From NCBI GenBank assembly GCA_965233585.1, contig CBDDTI010000242.1:1-20085 (forward strand): a DNA stretch of 20,085 nucleotides, written 5' to 3'. Made by a program: the position numbers and the translations under genes. The notes under the pieces were generated by a model, which had not been told where the DNA came from, made no database searches, and was given only the letters and a program-made list of their open reading frames with translations. Positions 10,193-20,084 of this stretch are shown one piece after another (position 1 is the stretch's first letter; every line of letters begins with the position of its first letter). Origin of the DNA: a bacterium (lineage in GTDB: Bacteria > SAR324 > NAC60-12).

Positions 10193-10451
10193 TTACAACT
10201 TCATGCGTTTCTTGGCTTGCATGATTTTACGAATGGCGCGTTCGGTCATGGTATTGCTGCCAGGTAAATTGTTGATTGCTTTTATCATTTTATTGTCAGC
10301 TTTCCATTTGTCACGCAAGTTCCGAGCGACGGAATAGTCCATGTCGTGCTACTTGGTGATGCGGTCGAGTCGATCCTCGGGCCAGTCGCTTCTTCAACTT
10401 GGTACCAGGCCCCAAGTATTGGTAACCAGGCACGTGATATTCGATTCGCAT
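10193..10451 (-). pseudogene. Parvovirus-type phospholipase A2 (adintovirus PLA2X-like), disrupted; not in the supplied ORF track
   Basis: MRIEYHVPGYQYLGPGTKLKKRLARG / frameshifting deletion / RLDRITK*HDMDYSVARNLRDKWKADNKMIKAINNLPGSNTMTERAIRKIMQAKKRMKL*. Shows the Ca-binding YLGPG loop, the catalytic HDxxY and the downstream AD. AATAAA follows the stop. Confidence 0.9.
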
Positions 10452-10523
10452 GTCACTGCATTCACTAACACCGCAGGCTCAGAACAGCTACGTTCAAAAA
10501 CGTTGTAAGTTCGTCCAAATTCT

Positions 10524-11058
10524 TTACAGGCGGAACGTGTGCGGTTCCTTAGTGGGAGAACGCCCATAAACATTTTTTTCACAATATACGTGAATCATTA
10601 TTGAGTGCGTTGAGGGAGAAAAAGAGAGCAATGTCCAACAAGGTTTGTGCGCTACTAATTGAAATACATTAAGTGGAAATGCAAATCTAAACTCATTGAT
10701 CTTGACTGTTCCCTTGAGAAAAGCATCATTCAAAAGAATCTTAAACAAACAAAAGACATTTTAAGCCACCGTTGAAGAATCAACATAGTAAGTCAGAGAT
10801 GAAACCTGAAATGAATTAAAACCGAGCGCATGCTTAGAAGCTAAACATAACATCTAAGGTATTTCAAACAAACGTTCGCGCTTGAAGTAAAGATCAAACA
10901 AACATTGCAAATCGCATCGCTTCTGATTCAACAGCCGCACAAATTATAGTTCGGTCTAAGCGGTTTTCTAACAGTGGCAAGAATAATTCACTCACATCAA
11001 CCATAGTCGTTTCAAATTCCTTTAAAGCGATGCTCAGCTCTTGATCACTTAGTTCCAT
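10524..11058 (-). pseudogene. Decayed Polinton ORF of unknown function (~175 codons)
   Basis: MELSDQELSIALKEFETTMVDVSELFLPLLENRLDR... joins, via one frameshift and two in-frame stops, the track ORF ending ...FKILLNDAFLKGTVKINEFRFAFPLNVFQ...PHTFRL*. Confidence 0.5.
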
Positions 11059-11167
11059 AATCGCCAAGACAAGAGTCCAAAAACGTGTTTCCAACCTCGT
11101 CACAAGTAAAATGATTTTGCTCAAGTCTGAAAGACTTGTATGTAAAAACGTGTATCCAATAAGGACC

Positions 11168-11717
11168 ATGAGTAAAACAGGTCTTTTTGGTTTTCCCTTG
11201 GAAGAAAACTATAATGAAAACGTAGAAGAGAAAGAGGAGGAAAGTAGTAGCTCCGAAGAGGAACCTGAACAGGAGAAGGAAGAAGAGACTAGCAGCTCCG
11301 AAGAAGAACAAGAAATGGACGACGATGAACCAGATCCATGGAAGCCATTACGTGAAAAAGTCGGGGAAGATCTGGAAGAATATCCTACCTGAAAGAAGTT
11401 CAACAGTTCCTGGATAAGGGAAAAACCCAAGATTATGCCCAGATAGCCCTTTCAATGCCCTATTACCTGTAACTAGAAGAAGGCTACGAAGGATTTACCT
11501 GGAGCGGCTAAAATGGACTCACCGTATCAAACACGACGTAATACACCGTAAAGTCATGAAAACTCTTCGACGCTTTATTGAGGAAGATGATATGGATTTT
11601 GACGAGGCTGCTGAGTCAGCAGTGGCAAAACGGAAATTCCTGATAAACAGAGTCATGAAAAAGAAACCACTCCCCAATGAGTCCGATGACGACAAAGAAG
11701 AAGATAATGATATCTTA
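11168..11717 (+). pseudogene. Decayed acidic/helical ORF resembling an uncharacterised family seen in invertebrate Polintons
   Basis: MSKTGLFGFPLEEN..(E/S-rich)..DEPDPWKPLREKVGEDLEE / YLKEVQQFLDKGKTQDYAQIA / FNALLPVTRRRLRRIYLERLKWTHRIKHDVIHRKVMKTLRRFIEEDDMDFDEAAESAVAKRKFLINRVMKKK. Two frameshifts (~11385, ~11449); cut by the right junction. Confidence 0.7.
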
Positions 11718-11857
11718 GTGACCGAAACCTAAATTAGCCACGTGAATCTTATAAGAATTTGATTTAGCGAGATGGACATGAAACAAAAGCCTCGTTTCAC
11801 GCGCAGCGAAACGAACTTTTTTGGTCAAAAATAACATGTATTCTATTTGCATATCAA
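11718..11857. mobile_element. Right part of the host repeat split by the Polinton; truncated at the genome-type junction
   Basis: GTGACCGAAACCTAAATTAGCCACG...TATTCTATTTGCATATCA, then an abrupt change in sequence character. Confidence 0.5.
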
Positions 11858-12272
11858 ATATCTATGTCATCAAAAAACAAAATATAGCGATTGTTTGATT
11901 TGTTCATTGATTGGTTCATTGATTCATTGCCGAAGTCTGGACCCATATCCATTTAACCATCAAGAACTGTGGATGCTGATCATTTCCTCCATTGACTTGG
12001 CGTGTTTCTCAAAAGAAAAGGTGCCAACTTTTCCTTGACTGCCAAAGGATCACATTTCTTGGTTCACTCATACTTTTTCCCTGCTTGAAACCCTCATTTT
12101 TGCTGACAAAATCCATTTCAAGTCCATTCAAAATCCATGAAAATCGCAAGATCCCACTCAAATCCCCGAAATCCCATGATTTTATCCATTTATCCCCCTG
12201 TTGTACTCCCATTTTTCCATCCAAAATAACTTCTTCAGTCACCGGCATCACCATTTTCAGTCAAGGTGGCAC

Positions 12273-12385
12273 AAAGCGCAGTAGCCCAGCACGGCACGGA
12301 TGAAGAGCGCCTGGTACTCCAATAGGCTGGTGCCCAGCCAGGTCTCTAACGGTTGGCCACGGAGCCAAAGGCAACAGCCCAAGCC
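12273..12385 (-). CDS. EamA/DMT (SLC35G-like) transporter, third visible exon
   Basis: Acceptor CAG|G, then GLGCCLWLRGQPLETWLGTSLLEYQALFIRAVLGYCA. In phase with the previous exon; LFIRAVLG matches the LLLRGxLG motif of the family. The donor TT|GTGCCA is a best guess. Confidence 0.7.
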
Positions 12386-12702
12386 CTGCCAGGATTTTTT
12401 TTTGGGGGAAAAGCCAGGTTTTTTTTCTGGAAAATCTGGGAAAAACATAGGTTTTTTAATGACAAAACCTGGGGAAATCCCCTGAAAAAAATATAAATGT
12501 TGATGTTTAAAGGAAAATCATCTGTACATGCGTGATTTTCTTTTGCCACGTTTGATTACCGGAGAGTAATATGAATGAAAATGACGATATGTAACAAATA
12601 AATAAGAATTGCAAATTGAAATGATCATGATTTGAACAATGATACTGATAATGATCATCATGATGACAATAACACTGATAGACTGATAGTCACAACAACA
12701 AT

Positions 12703-12751
12703 GATGGATGGATGGCTGGCTGGATGGATGGATGAATGAATGAATGATTGA
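12703..12751 (+). repeat. Compound tetranucleotide microsatellite (GATG/GCTG/GAAT) in an intron
   Basis: Direct observation. Confidence 0.9.
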
Positions 12752-13109
12752 AGGAACGCACCCAAATGCTCGGCAACAAGCCTTCAAGCCCCTGCAACAC
12801 ACTGCGACAAACTGGTCCTCACTTGGGAATGAAACCACCAGTACTCAGTACATGTACGCGCAACTACGACAATTTCTAGTCATGGCCCAACCTCAAAAAA
12901 AATTGGTGATCCGTAGAATCCGTAGGTTGGTAATACATTCTCTTGTCAAAATGAAAGTAAACTATGAGAATAGCCTGCATCAGTCGGTTGACCCAGCAAT
13001 TTCCATCCATGTTCGGGAAAATGATGATCAGGCACGGAAAAATATCAGATTACATCCACATCCCCATGATTCTGAACCGCCGGTTCACCCAGGCCATGCT
13101 GAACTTCGC

Positions 13110-13184
13110 CTGACAGCTACCTCGCAGCAGCAGCAGCTGAAAGGTGCCAATGCCCCGCTGGGTCAGCCAGCGCACTAACAAGGC
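13110..13184 (-). CDS. EamA/DMT (SLC35G-like) transporter, second visible exon (75 nt)
   Basis: GAG|G acceptor, ALLVRWLTQRGIGTFQLLLLRGSCQ, CAG|GC donor; a GC-rich island within AT-richer intron sequence. Confidence 0.75.
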
Positions 13185-13313
13185 CTCCCACGAAGTGGTG
13201 GATTATGGAGTATCAATTTGGTGGATTTTTCAAATATGGAACAAATCCTCAAGGTTTTTTCAAGTATCAATTTTGTGTTTTGGGTTGAAAATATCAAATA
13301 TCGCTATTTCGTC

Positions 13314-13417
13314 TTAAAACCCTGGTACCATTTGGGGTGCCCGAAAATATCTGGGTAATGGATGTTTTTTCTTCCCGATTCCCCCCGGTGACGAAATCGG
13401 AATTGACCCATCCCCAT
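13314..13417 (+). repeat. Diverged copy of the dinoflagellate dispersed repeat at 14042-14144
   Basis: Shares AAAACC(C)TGGTACC..AAAATA..GGTAA-TGGATGTT..TTGACCCAT(C/A)CCCA with that copy. Confidence 0.65.
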
Positions 13418-14041
13418 GTGATTTAAAATACCTAGCTGGGATACCTAGCTGGGGATAGAACCAATAAGATGGAGATGATCAAAAAGGATAACGGTATTGG
13501 AATATGTATGAATATGTCATCATCAAAAAAAAATGTAATACAATGATGATAGCAGATACAATGGTTTTTTGGGGGATATACCGGGATATACTGGGGATAC
13601 AACTAACGGACCAACAAAGATATGGACATAACGGGTATAAGCACCCATAATCACTGGGATCGTAGATACTTGGGTATATACTCCCAATTTATGGCCAGCA
13701 TGGCCAAAGTATCAATGAGTGGGAGTCTAAAACGAACCGTTTTATGAGGATTATGATTGGGGGTATGATGGGGAATTAGTGGGAATGGGGACTTTTTTTT
13801 TGTAGATTCCTGGGATATCAGGGGACATAGGGATATGATCAATAATTTGGTGATACAATGTAAAACCAACGATATCCAATTTGGAGCGGATGGATCCAAA
13901 TTAAAATGGCGTTATTACAGGAAAATGATTGATTTTTCGGGTACCACATGTACGTTCCCCAACGGCGATACGATGTTTGATATGAATGGGATATTTTTTC
14001 AACATCAATCAACCACATCTCATTTGAATTTTGCGGCAAGT

Positions 14042-14144
14042 TGGCAGTGTGTCAAAACCTTGTACCCCTGGTGAACATCAAAATAGTTGGTAAATGGATG
14101 TTCATCCCACTAAAAATGTATCTATAGGTATTGACCCATACCCA
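14042..14144 (+). repeat. Short dispersed repeat characteristic of Cladocopium/Symbiodiniaceae introns
   Basis: TGGCAGTGTGTCAAAACCTTGTACCCCTGGTGAACATCAAAATAG.TGGTAAATGGATGTTCATCCC...GGTATTGACCCATACCCA; the antisense translation GYGSIPI..GMNIHLP.ILMFTRGTRF is one I recall recurring in Cladocopium gene models. Confidence 0.8.
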
Positions 14145-14642
14145 GTTGAATTTGTCATACTGTATATGAATTGGTTGTCCAAATACGACATAGGATGGGA
14201 TGAGGAAACCCACCGACATATGACGATATAATAAAGGCAATAAGGGATATGATTTATGGATGGTAATGGGATGTAATCAACAATATGATTTGGGTTTTGT
14301 CTCAAAATATTGGGGAAAACCAAGATTTTACTATATAATCATAGTTTTCCATATGTTGTGATGGCCATGAATTCATTTGGTATAGTCGGACAAACCCGTT
14401 TGACATCAACAAAATCATTTGAAGTCAGAAGATTTCAAAGACAAATTTTGAAAATGTGTTGAAAATACGGTAGAAAATATATATTTAAAAAAATCAAAAA
14501 GGGATATTATACTGGATCTAGTGAGCCATGGGATCTTTGCACGACACAAGGGAAGTGTGAAATATTAGTGTGACAAATCCATTTTCTTCATGACTGATAC
14601 AGCTGACCATTGGGTATACCTGTTGTTTGTTTTCCGGCCGGC

Positions 14643-14695
14643 TTGTATTGAAAAGCTGACCGTAGAAACAAGGAGCAGTAGAAAAGAAACGCATC
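14643..14695 (-). CDS. EamA/DMT (SLC35G-like) transporter, first visible exon (53 nt)
   Basis: CAG|G acceptor, (G)CVSFLLLLVSTVSFSIQ, CAA|GC donor. Splices in frame to ALLVRWL to complete the first TM helix. Confidence 0.65.
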
Positions 14696-14757
14696 CTGAC
14701 GGTGATTGACACGCCAAAGTGGAAACACACCGGTTGGTGAACCCCAAAATGATGAGA

Positions 14758-14798
14758 GCTGGGTTTTTGGTTGCCCCAATTTCAGACAAACCCATTTT
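14758..14798 (-). repeat. Second Symbiodiniaceae-type dispersed repeat end (ATGGGTTTGTCTGAAA...)
   Basis: Minus strand AAAATGGGTTTGTCTGAAATTGGGGCAACC; related inverted motifs at ~14287-14300 and ~14388-14400. Confidence 0.55.
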
Positions 14799-15889
14799 TA
14801 TTGCAAGTAAAAATTTCCCCAGTTTACTTCATACGAGAATCGGGATGTGTAAACAGGCTACAAGTAACCTGTTTGGTGGTCTCCAACCTCAGAACAATCA
14901 CCATTGGATCATGTCCTGAACGGTCTTAGTTGGTTTACCGGATTTCCATGACGCGTTTTTTGATTTCCAATGGGGTAGCAAACAAAAAAACACCGAGTCG
15001 ACCAAAGTTCTGTTTTCTTTTGGTTTGTCAGCGGAATGTCTGCTTTCCATGGCTCAGAATTGCTAAATTTGTCGGCTCCAAATTTTTAACTGATTTTGTG
15101 ACTAAACATAACACATCGCCATGCACATACAATCACATCATTCCACAACAAACAATTTTTAGGAAAAACATGGAAAAAATCGAATTGGGACACAACTCGG
15201 TAAACGCTGGAAATCGCGAATGCAGTTTTCATCATTGTTGTGTTTGATGGTACGGCCTTGAACCTGACCTGACTGTGGAGGCGTGCGAAACAAAAATTAT
15301 AGAAATCTTTGAAAATACAACACATCCAGTTCCACATCAAAACACATCATCCCGAGTATACCATCCCCATTCATCCCCTGCTTCACACAGTGTCACCCGC
15401 ATTTTTCTTGCTTTCATTCATACCAAGCGAACGAGCTATCTGCACAAAAATCCGACTTCAACCAGCTACCATAAGCGAATGGGTTCAAAGTTCAATTAAG
15501 CATCATTTCCACCAAAAAAACCGCTGGGGCTGTCAAAACTTTTGAAAGGGTTGATCCCCCGAAGTGCTCACATGTTAGGTCAGCAGAGTGCACAGTCACC
15601 TATGTTTTCATCTCGCTAGAGCCACTGATACCATGGTTGCATTCACACATTGTGAGTGCTCTGCACGGCATGATTGGAATGCCACAAGTATATTGATACC
15701 CCGCTTCGATTTGAGGCACTTTTGCGACTGAAATCGCCACATTGGAAGTCACATGTCATGGTGGACAAGAGGTGTATCAAGATGAATAAACTACCATTGT
15801 TCACAAAAGGCTCCCAAATTGTTTTGGTATCGTCCAGCCACGACAATGTCACAGAAAACTGAATAACCATGGGTATCGCGGCATCGCGC

Positions 15890-18371
15890 CTAGATTAGAT
15901 TGGGATAAAGCGCCATCATGCGCATCTTCAGATATTCTCTGTACATTTGTTCTGGAAACAATCTAACTTCCCTAATGCACTGAGCTCTCAAACGTTGACC
16001 TTCAGGTAAGTGATTCTCCAACACATCCAAGTCGTTCCAATCGACACCAATAGCAAAAATTTCAGGCAAAGTGCTCGGGCCTGGACAACGGAGATCCAGG
16101 AAGGCCCACATGCTCCCTTGAAATTGATGTTGAAGGTTCACGTTGAAATCCACCTGTTGGCATAGCACCGGACACAGTTGATGCAACTGCAGGTGCAGGG
16201 GTAGTAGCCACAACTGGTTCTGGTGTGTCCATTTCCATCGGATCATGCTCTCTTGGTTCTTCTTCTCCTTCATCACTCAAACCAACCATGCTCATCTCCA
16301 AAGTCTCGAGTTTTTCCACACCACGTTTCCTTTTCACCATTCTGGATGGGCGAACATGGCGTGACAATCCAAATGGAGTCTCACGGAAATATTCCTCACC
16401 AGAGTCTGCATCCTCAGTTTTTGTCAAGACTCGGTACTGCCGCACGCTATAAGTTTCAAGGTCCCAGTCATCCACATACTGGATGTCCTTCTGGGTCAAC
16501 TGAGTTTGCTCGGCCGTCCAACGCCGAATCTTTGATATCTTCTCGTTCTCTTCTCGACCAGTTTGTTGAAAAAGTAGCTAATGAAGAAACCGACAATGAG
16601 GAAAAACACCGCATACGAAATCATGAAGAAACGCCTGTGGACAAAGAGGTCATGAACCAAAATCATGTTATACTGCACCTCGTCACCAGAAAAGCCAGCT
16701 GCCAACGGCTGCAAAGCCGAAATGGCCAATGCCTTCAAAGGAGGCTTTGAAAGCTGTGTATGCGTGTTCTCTGCTCCTTCGCTCAAAGTTCCACAGGCAA
16801 TCCTTTGAACCATCTTCATACTCTGTCCCATAGCTTTCTTTCGAAGATGTTCATGCCTGCAAGAAACATGAGGAAGGCTCTCCTCGCCTTATTCAATTTC
16901 TTGGTTCCAAGATCGGACATGTTGAACAAAGTGCTCACACTGTCCATAGGCACCATGCTGTTCTTGATCATCAGTTGCAACCAAAGAAACTTGGTGTCCA
17001 CATGCTTAAGCTTTCCGACGCCCAATCTCTGAGCGAATGCTCTGCAAGAGCTAGAGTCAGTGACCAGTCGTGTCTTGACCTGCTTCTTCAACTCCAAAGT
17101 CGGCTGATGTAGATTCCTTCAGCAGCTCCTCCAACTGCTGCAAAATATTCACTTTCGCAGGAACTCAAAGCAATCGATTTCTGTGTCCTCGACCACGATG
17201 TGACTGGGCGACCATTGGGAAAAATCATTGCCCAATCCGAATCAATGAAGATTTCCACACAACCTTCTGCATCTTCAACTTTTCAGCCATAGATGGAATC
17301 CAACTTCGTTCCAGCCACCTTGTAAGGAAGAATCAGTGCAAAGGTTCGTGTTCCAGCAAGATACATGATGAGATGTCGAACTCGGGCACAAGCAAGTCTT
17401 GTTGGGCGAGACATGAACTGAGCAAGATGTCTTACTGTGCTGGGTATCCCATCGATCAGCAGATAAGCACGGCAAAGTTCCCATAGCTGATCTGAAACGG
17501 TGGGCTTCATAACTGAAAGTTCTCCATCTTCTCCATTCCACTGAGCCATATCTGGTGTGGCCTTTGGTTTATATGCACCAAGGTCGTAGAGCTTCACCAA
17601 CTCATCAACATACCTCTCATGTGGAGCGATCAGCACACCATTGGTTGTGAAGTAGCAGCGCTTCTTCAAGAAACGCACTGGTTCTCGAGGATCTTGGTGT
17701 GGACTGGGAACAACATCCCCGCTTGAAATAGTGAATCTTTTCTCTATCTCTCCAACCAACCAAACAAGTTCTCCTCCTCCACAAAGGATGAGATCATCCA
17801 CATGGGAACACATCACCAGGCTCTTGGTTTTGTGTCGAAACAAGTTTGGCAGCAAAGGAGTGCTCTCGAAACCAAGATCTTTCATGTGCTCTGTCAGGAA
17901 GTCAAAGACATGGGCGGCAGCGTTAAGCTGGCCGGGAAGGCACCTTTGAAGAATCCAAAACCCATCAACTCCTGGAACGTGATCTTCGGGTTTCCACCAC
18001 TGCGGAACTGTCACAAAAACGCATTCACGCCGAGGGACAAGGAGTAAGACATCTTTGATGTCCACAGAAGAGAGACATCAGCCGTAGATCATGTGCAGCA
18101 ACACCACCAATCGGCTTCCAATTCCAGCTGTTGGTGCAAAGGTCTCAGCTGTGTTCGTGGAATATCCTTTGGACTCTCGAGCAACAAATCTACACCTTTC
18201 CATCCTCCTCTGTACCGCCATCAAAAACTGACCTTGTTGGCAGCACCACACCCTTCTGCAGCTCTTCTTCTGTCTTCACAGTTCTTCAAAGCTCGCAGCG
18301 ATCTCCACTTCCTCCAATTGCTCTGCAGAAAGCTTGGGAGGTTCTCCAACTGATTCTGGCTCTTCTCGAGC
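15890..18371 (-). mobile_element. Decayed Ty1/copia retrotransposon pol fragment (RT, RNase H, long C-terminal extension)
   Basis: RT: RCRFVARE..TFAPT, DIKD, LQRCLPGQ, SHVDDL. RNase H: DSDWA..SWSRTQKSIALSSCESEY, TDSSSCRAFAQRLGVGKLKHVDTKFLWLQ, DLGTK. Multiple frameshifts, stops and deletions. No LTR identified. Confidence 0.93.
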
Positions 18372-18765
18372 TTATAGACTAACTTGAACTCCTCACATTT
18401 GCAAAAACATCCCACAAAGCAGCGTGTAGGTAAAACAAAAGCAAAACATAAAAACCCACACGAGAGTATGTGACTCTTCTGTCATCGCGAGCATCACACA
18501 CCATCTCAAACTTAAACGCTATCCTACGCACAACGAAAAACACAAACTTAAAATAAACAGCTGGCACATTCGAGAAAAACATCAATGCATCTGAAAATGG
18601 AATCGGCTCACGGTCTTTTCTCGCAACTGGCAAACATGGGGAAGTATCAAATCCTTCACGGTTGGATTTATCGTTCAATCCAAAGTTTCTGGTGCTTTCC
18701 AAAAATGCTTTGCATGAGAAGGACGCTCAAGAAAAATGCTCTGCTTCAAGCATGCAAATTTCCCC
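18372..18765 (-). repeat. 394-bp direct repeat, terminal copy (B2)
   Basis: Identical to 19269-19662 except for 3 substitutions; offset 897 bp. Confidence 0.97.
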
Positions 18766-19268
18766 CAATTTTTGGGGTGGGTAAAACCAAAGGTTTGGGT
18801 GGGTACAAAAATTAGGTGCGTTCCCAAGATGAAAGGTCTTTTCCTCCCACCCACCACTTGAAATGTAAAATTCACAAGATAAAATATCAGCATGAATGCA
18901 TTTCACTGACATGCACACGACAGTGACAAAAACAAAAACTTGAAACAACAAACCGAGGACCTCTGAAACCTGCCTTCAAAACAAGAACAACTAAGGTTGT
19001 GTCACTCAGAGGTTTGGTTTGTTTTGCCACGTTTAGTTTGTTTTGGAAAACAAAACTTCAGAACTGTAAAAACAAATGTTCAGCTTCAAACATTTGCAAC
19101 TTGAAAGGCATGCAGGTTGCGCTTTCGCGTATCGCACATATACAACATGTAATACCTACACGCTTCGAAGGATCATAAGGATTTGCGCAATGTAGTGAGG
19201 AGCAAGGGTCGCTTAACCCTTTATTCAAGGACAGTCTATAAACTACTATTGGCAAGCCAACTGTAATA

Positions 19269-19662
19269 TTATAGACTAACTTGAACTCCTCACATTTGCA
19301 AAAACATCCCACAAAGCAACGTGTAGGTAAAACAAAAGCAAAACATAAAAACCCACACGAGAGTATGTGACTCTTCTGTCATCGCGAGCATCACACACCA
19401 TCTCAAACTTAAACGCTATCCTACGCACAACGAAAAGCACAAACTTAAAATAAACAGCTGGCACATTCGAGAAAAACATCAATGCATCTGAAAATGGAAT
19501 CGGCTCACGGTCTTTTCTCGCAACTGGCAAACATGGGGAAGTATCAAATCCTTCACGGTTGGATTTATCGTTCAATCCAAAGTTTCTGGTGCTTTCCAAA
19601 AATGCTTTGCATGAGAAGGACGCTCAAGAAAAATGCTCTGCTTCAAGCATGTAAATTTCCCC
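19269..19662 (-). repeat. 394-bp direct repeat, internal copy (B1)
   Basis: Identical to 18372-18765 except for 3 substitutions; starts 8 bp after the RNase H stop codon. Confidence 0.97.
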
Positions 19663-19670
19663 TGTCTGCT

Positions 19671-20084
19671 TCAGCCAGTTACAAACGGTTCAGAGCCTTT
19701 CCAGTACTCAGTAATCGGACACCTCGGGTGTCGAACATCAAACGGCTGCATGAACTCAACTTGATCCCATCGTCCTCTGCTCGGAGGGTCAGCAACATTA
19801 CTAGGTGAGGCAACTCGTGCCATCCAAAGCAAACAGTTAAGGTTCTCATCTATTCTCTCAAGTGCCAGCAACAATCGTCTCCACCATCTAATTGGGGACG
19901 AGCTCTTGACAAAGACATCAATGGCTGTCCAGTTGTCACAAAAACAAATAACACGGCGACCAGCTATCGTCTCTTTCCAAAGGTCCAAGGCCACAACCAC
20001 CGCATACATTTCTGTCAAACCGACCGGGTGGTTAAGCTCGGTCAACCCATCCTTCAAAACATCGTCATCCACTCGGTTCCTAAA
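19671..20084 (-). CDS. C-terminal RNase H domain (DIRS1-like) of a retroelement polyprotein; 5' partial
   Basis: TEMYAVVVALDLW..GRRVICFCDNWTAID..WMARVASPSNVADPPSRG shows the E, DN and NxAD..SR catalytic motifs of DIRS1-type RNase HI. The frame is open to the window edge. Confidence 0.85.
   Translation of the reverse strand, partial: FRNRVDDDVLKDGLTELNHPVGLTEMYAVVVALDLWKETIAGRRVICFCDNWTAIDVFVKSSSPIRWWRRLLLALERIDENLNCLLWMARVASPSNVADPPSRGRWDQVEFMQPFDVRHPRCPITEYWKGSEPFVTG

Larger units (their letters stand above)
9074..11717. mobile_element. One-ended, decayed Polinton/Maverick (adintovirus-like) endogenous element
   Basis: Begins AGTAGT, the typical Polinton terminus. Contains a parvovirus-type PLA2 gene and compact intronless ORFs with AATAAA at or near their stops. 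Flanked by ATGACC / GTGACC (5 of 6 match; Polintons make 6-bp TSDs). No polB, integrase or capsid genes present. Confidence 0.8.

Noticed and set aside
11045..11430. Minus-strand hydrophobic/Ser-rich ORFs
   Set aside because: Antisense shadows of the Glu-rich plus-strand ORF.
12241..12265. ACCG...CCATTTTCAGTCAAG resembling the dinoflagellate spliced leader
   Set aside because: Only 12 of 15 core bases match, it is antisense to the supported exon, and all plus-strand frames after it stop quickly.
12744..13178. 144-aa plus-strand ORF and an exon-like patch at ~12773-12828 (minus)
   Set aside because: The ORF is antisense to a better-supported exon. The extra patch is not needed to make a family-like peptide, though a cryptic exon cannot be excluded.
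13428..13453. 13-bp tandem duplication ATACCTAGCTGGG x2
   Set aside because: Ordinary slippage or repair footprint in an intron.
15545..15890. Possible copia 3' UTR, polypurine tract and LTR
   Set aside because: A short GGGGGA is present on the minus strand near 15555 but no TG...CA LTR can be delimited.
16223..16750. 175-aa plus-strand ORF (and other plus ORFs up to 18382)
   Set aside because: Antisense to the copia coding strand; no independent coding signal.
18372..19662. Direct repeats as LTRs of a TRIM or of the copia, and the duplicated 107-aa ORFs within them
   Set aside because: No TG...CA ends, PBS/PPT or TSD; the repeats are directly attached to a DIRS-type RNase H. The ORFs are duplicated only because the DNA is.
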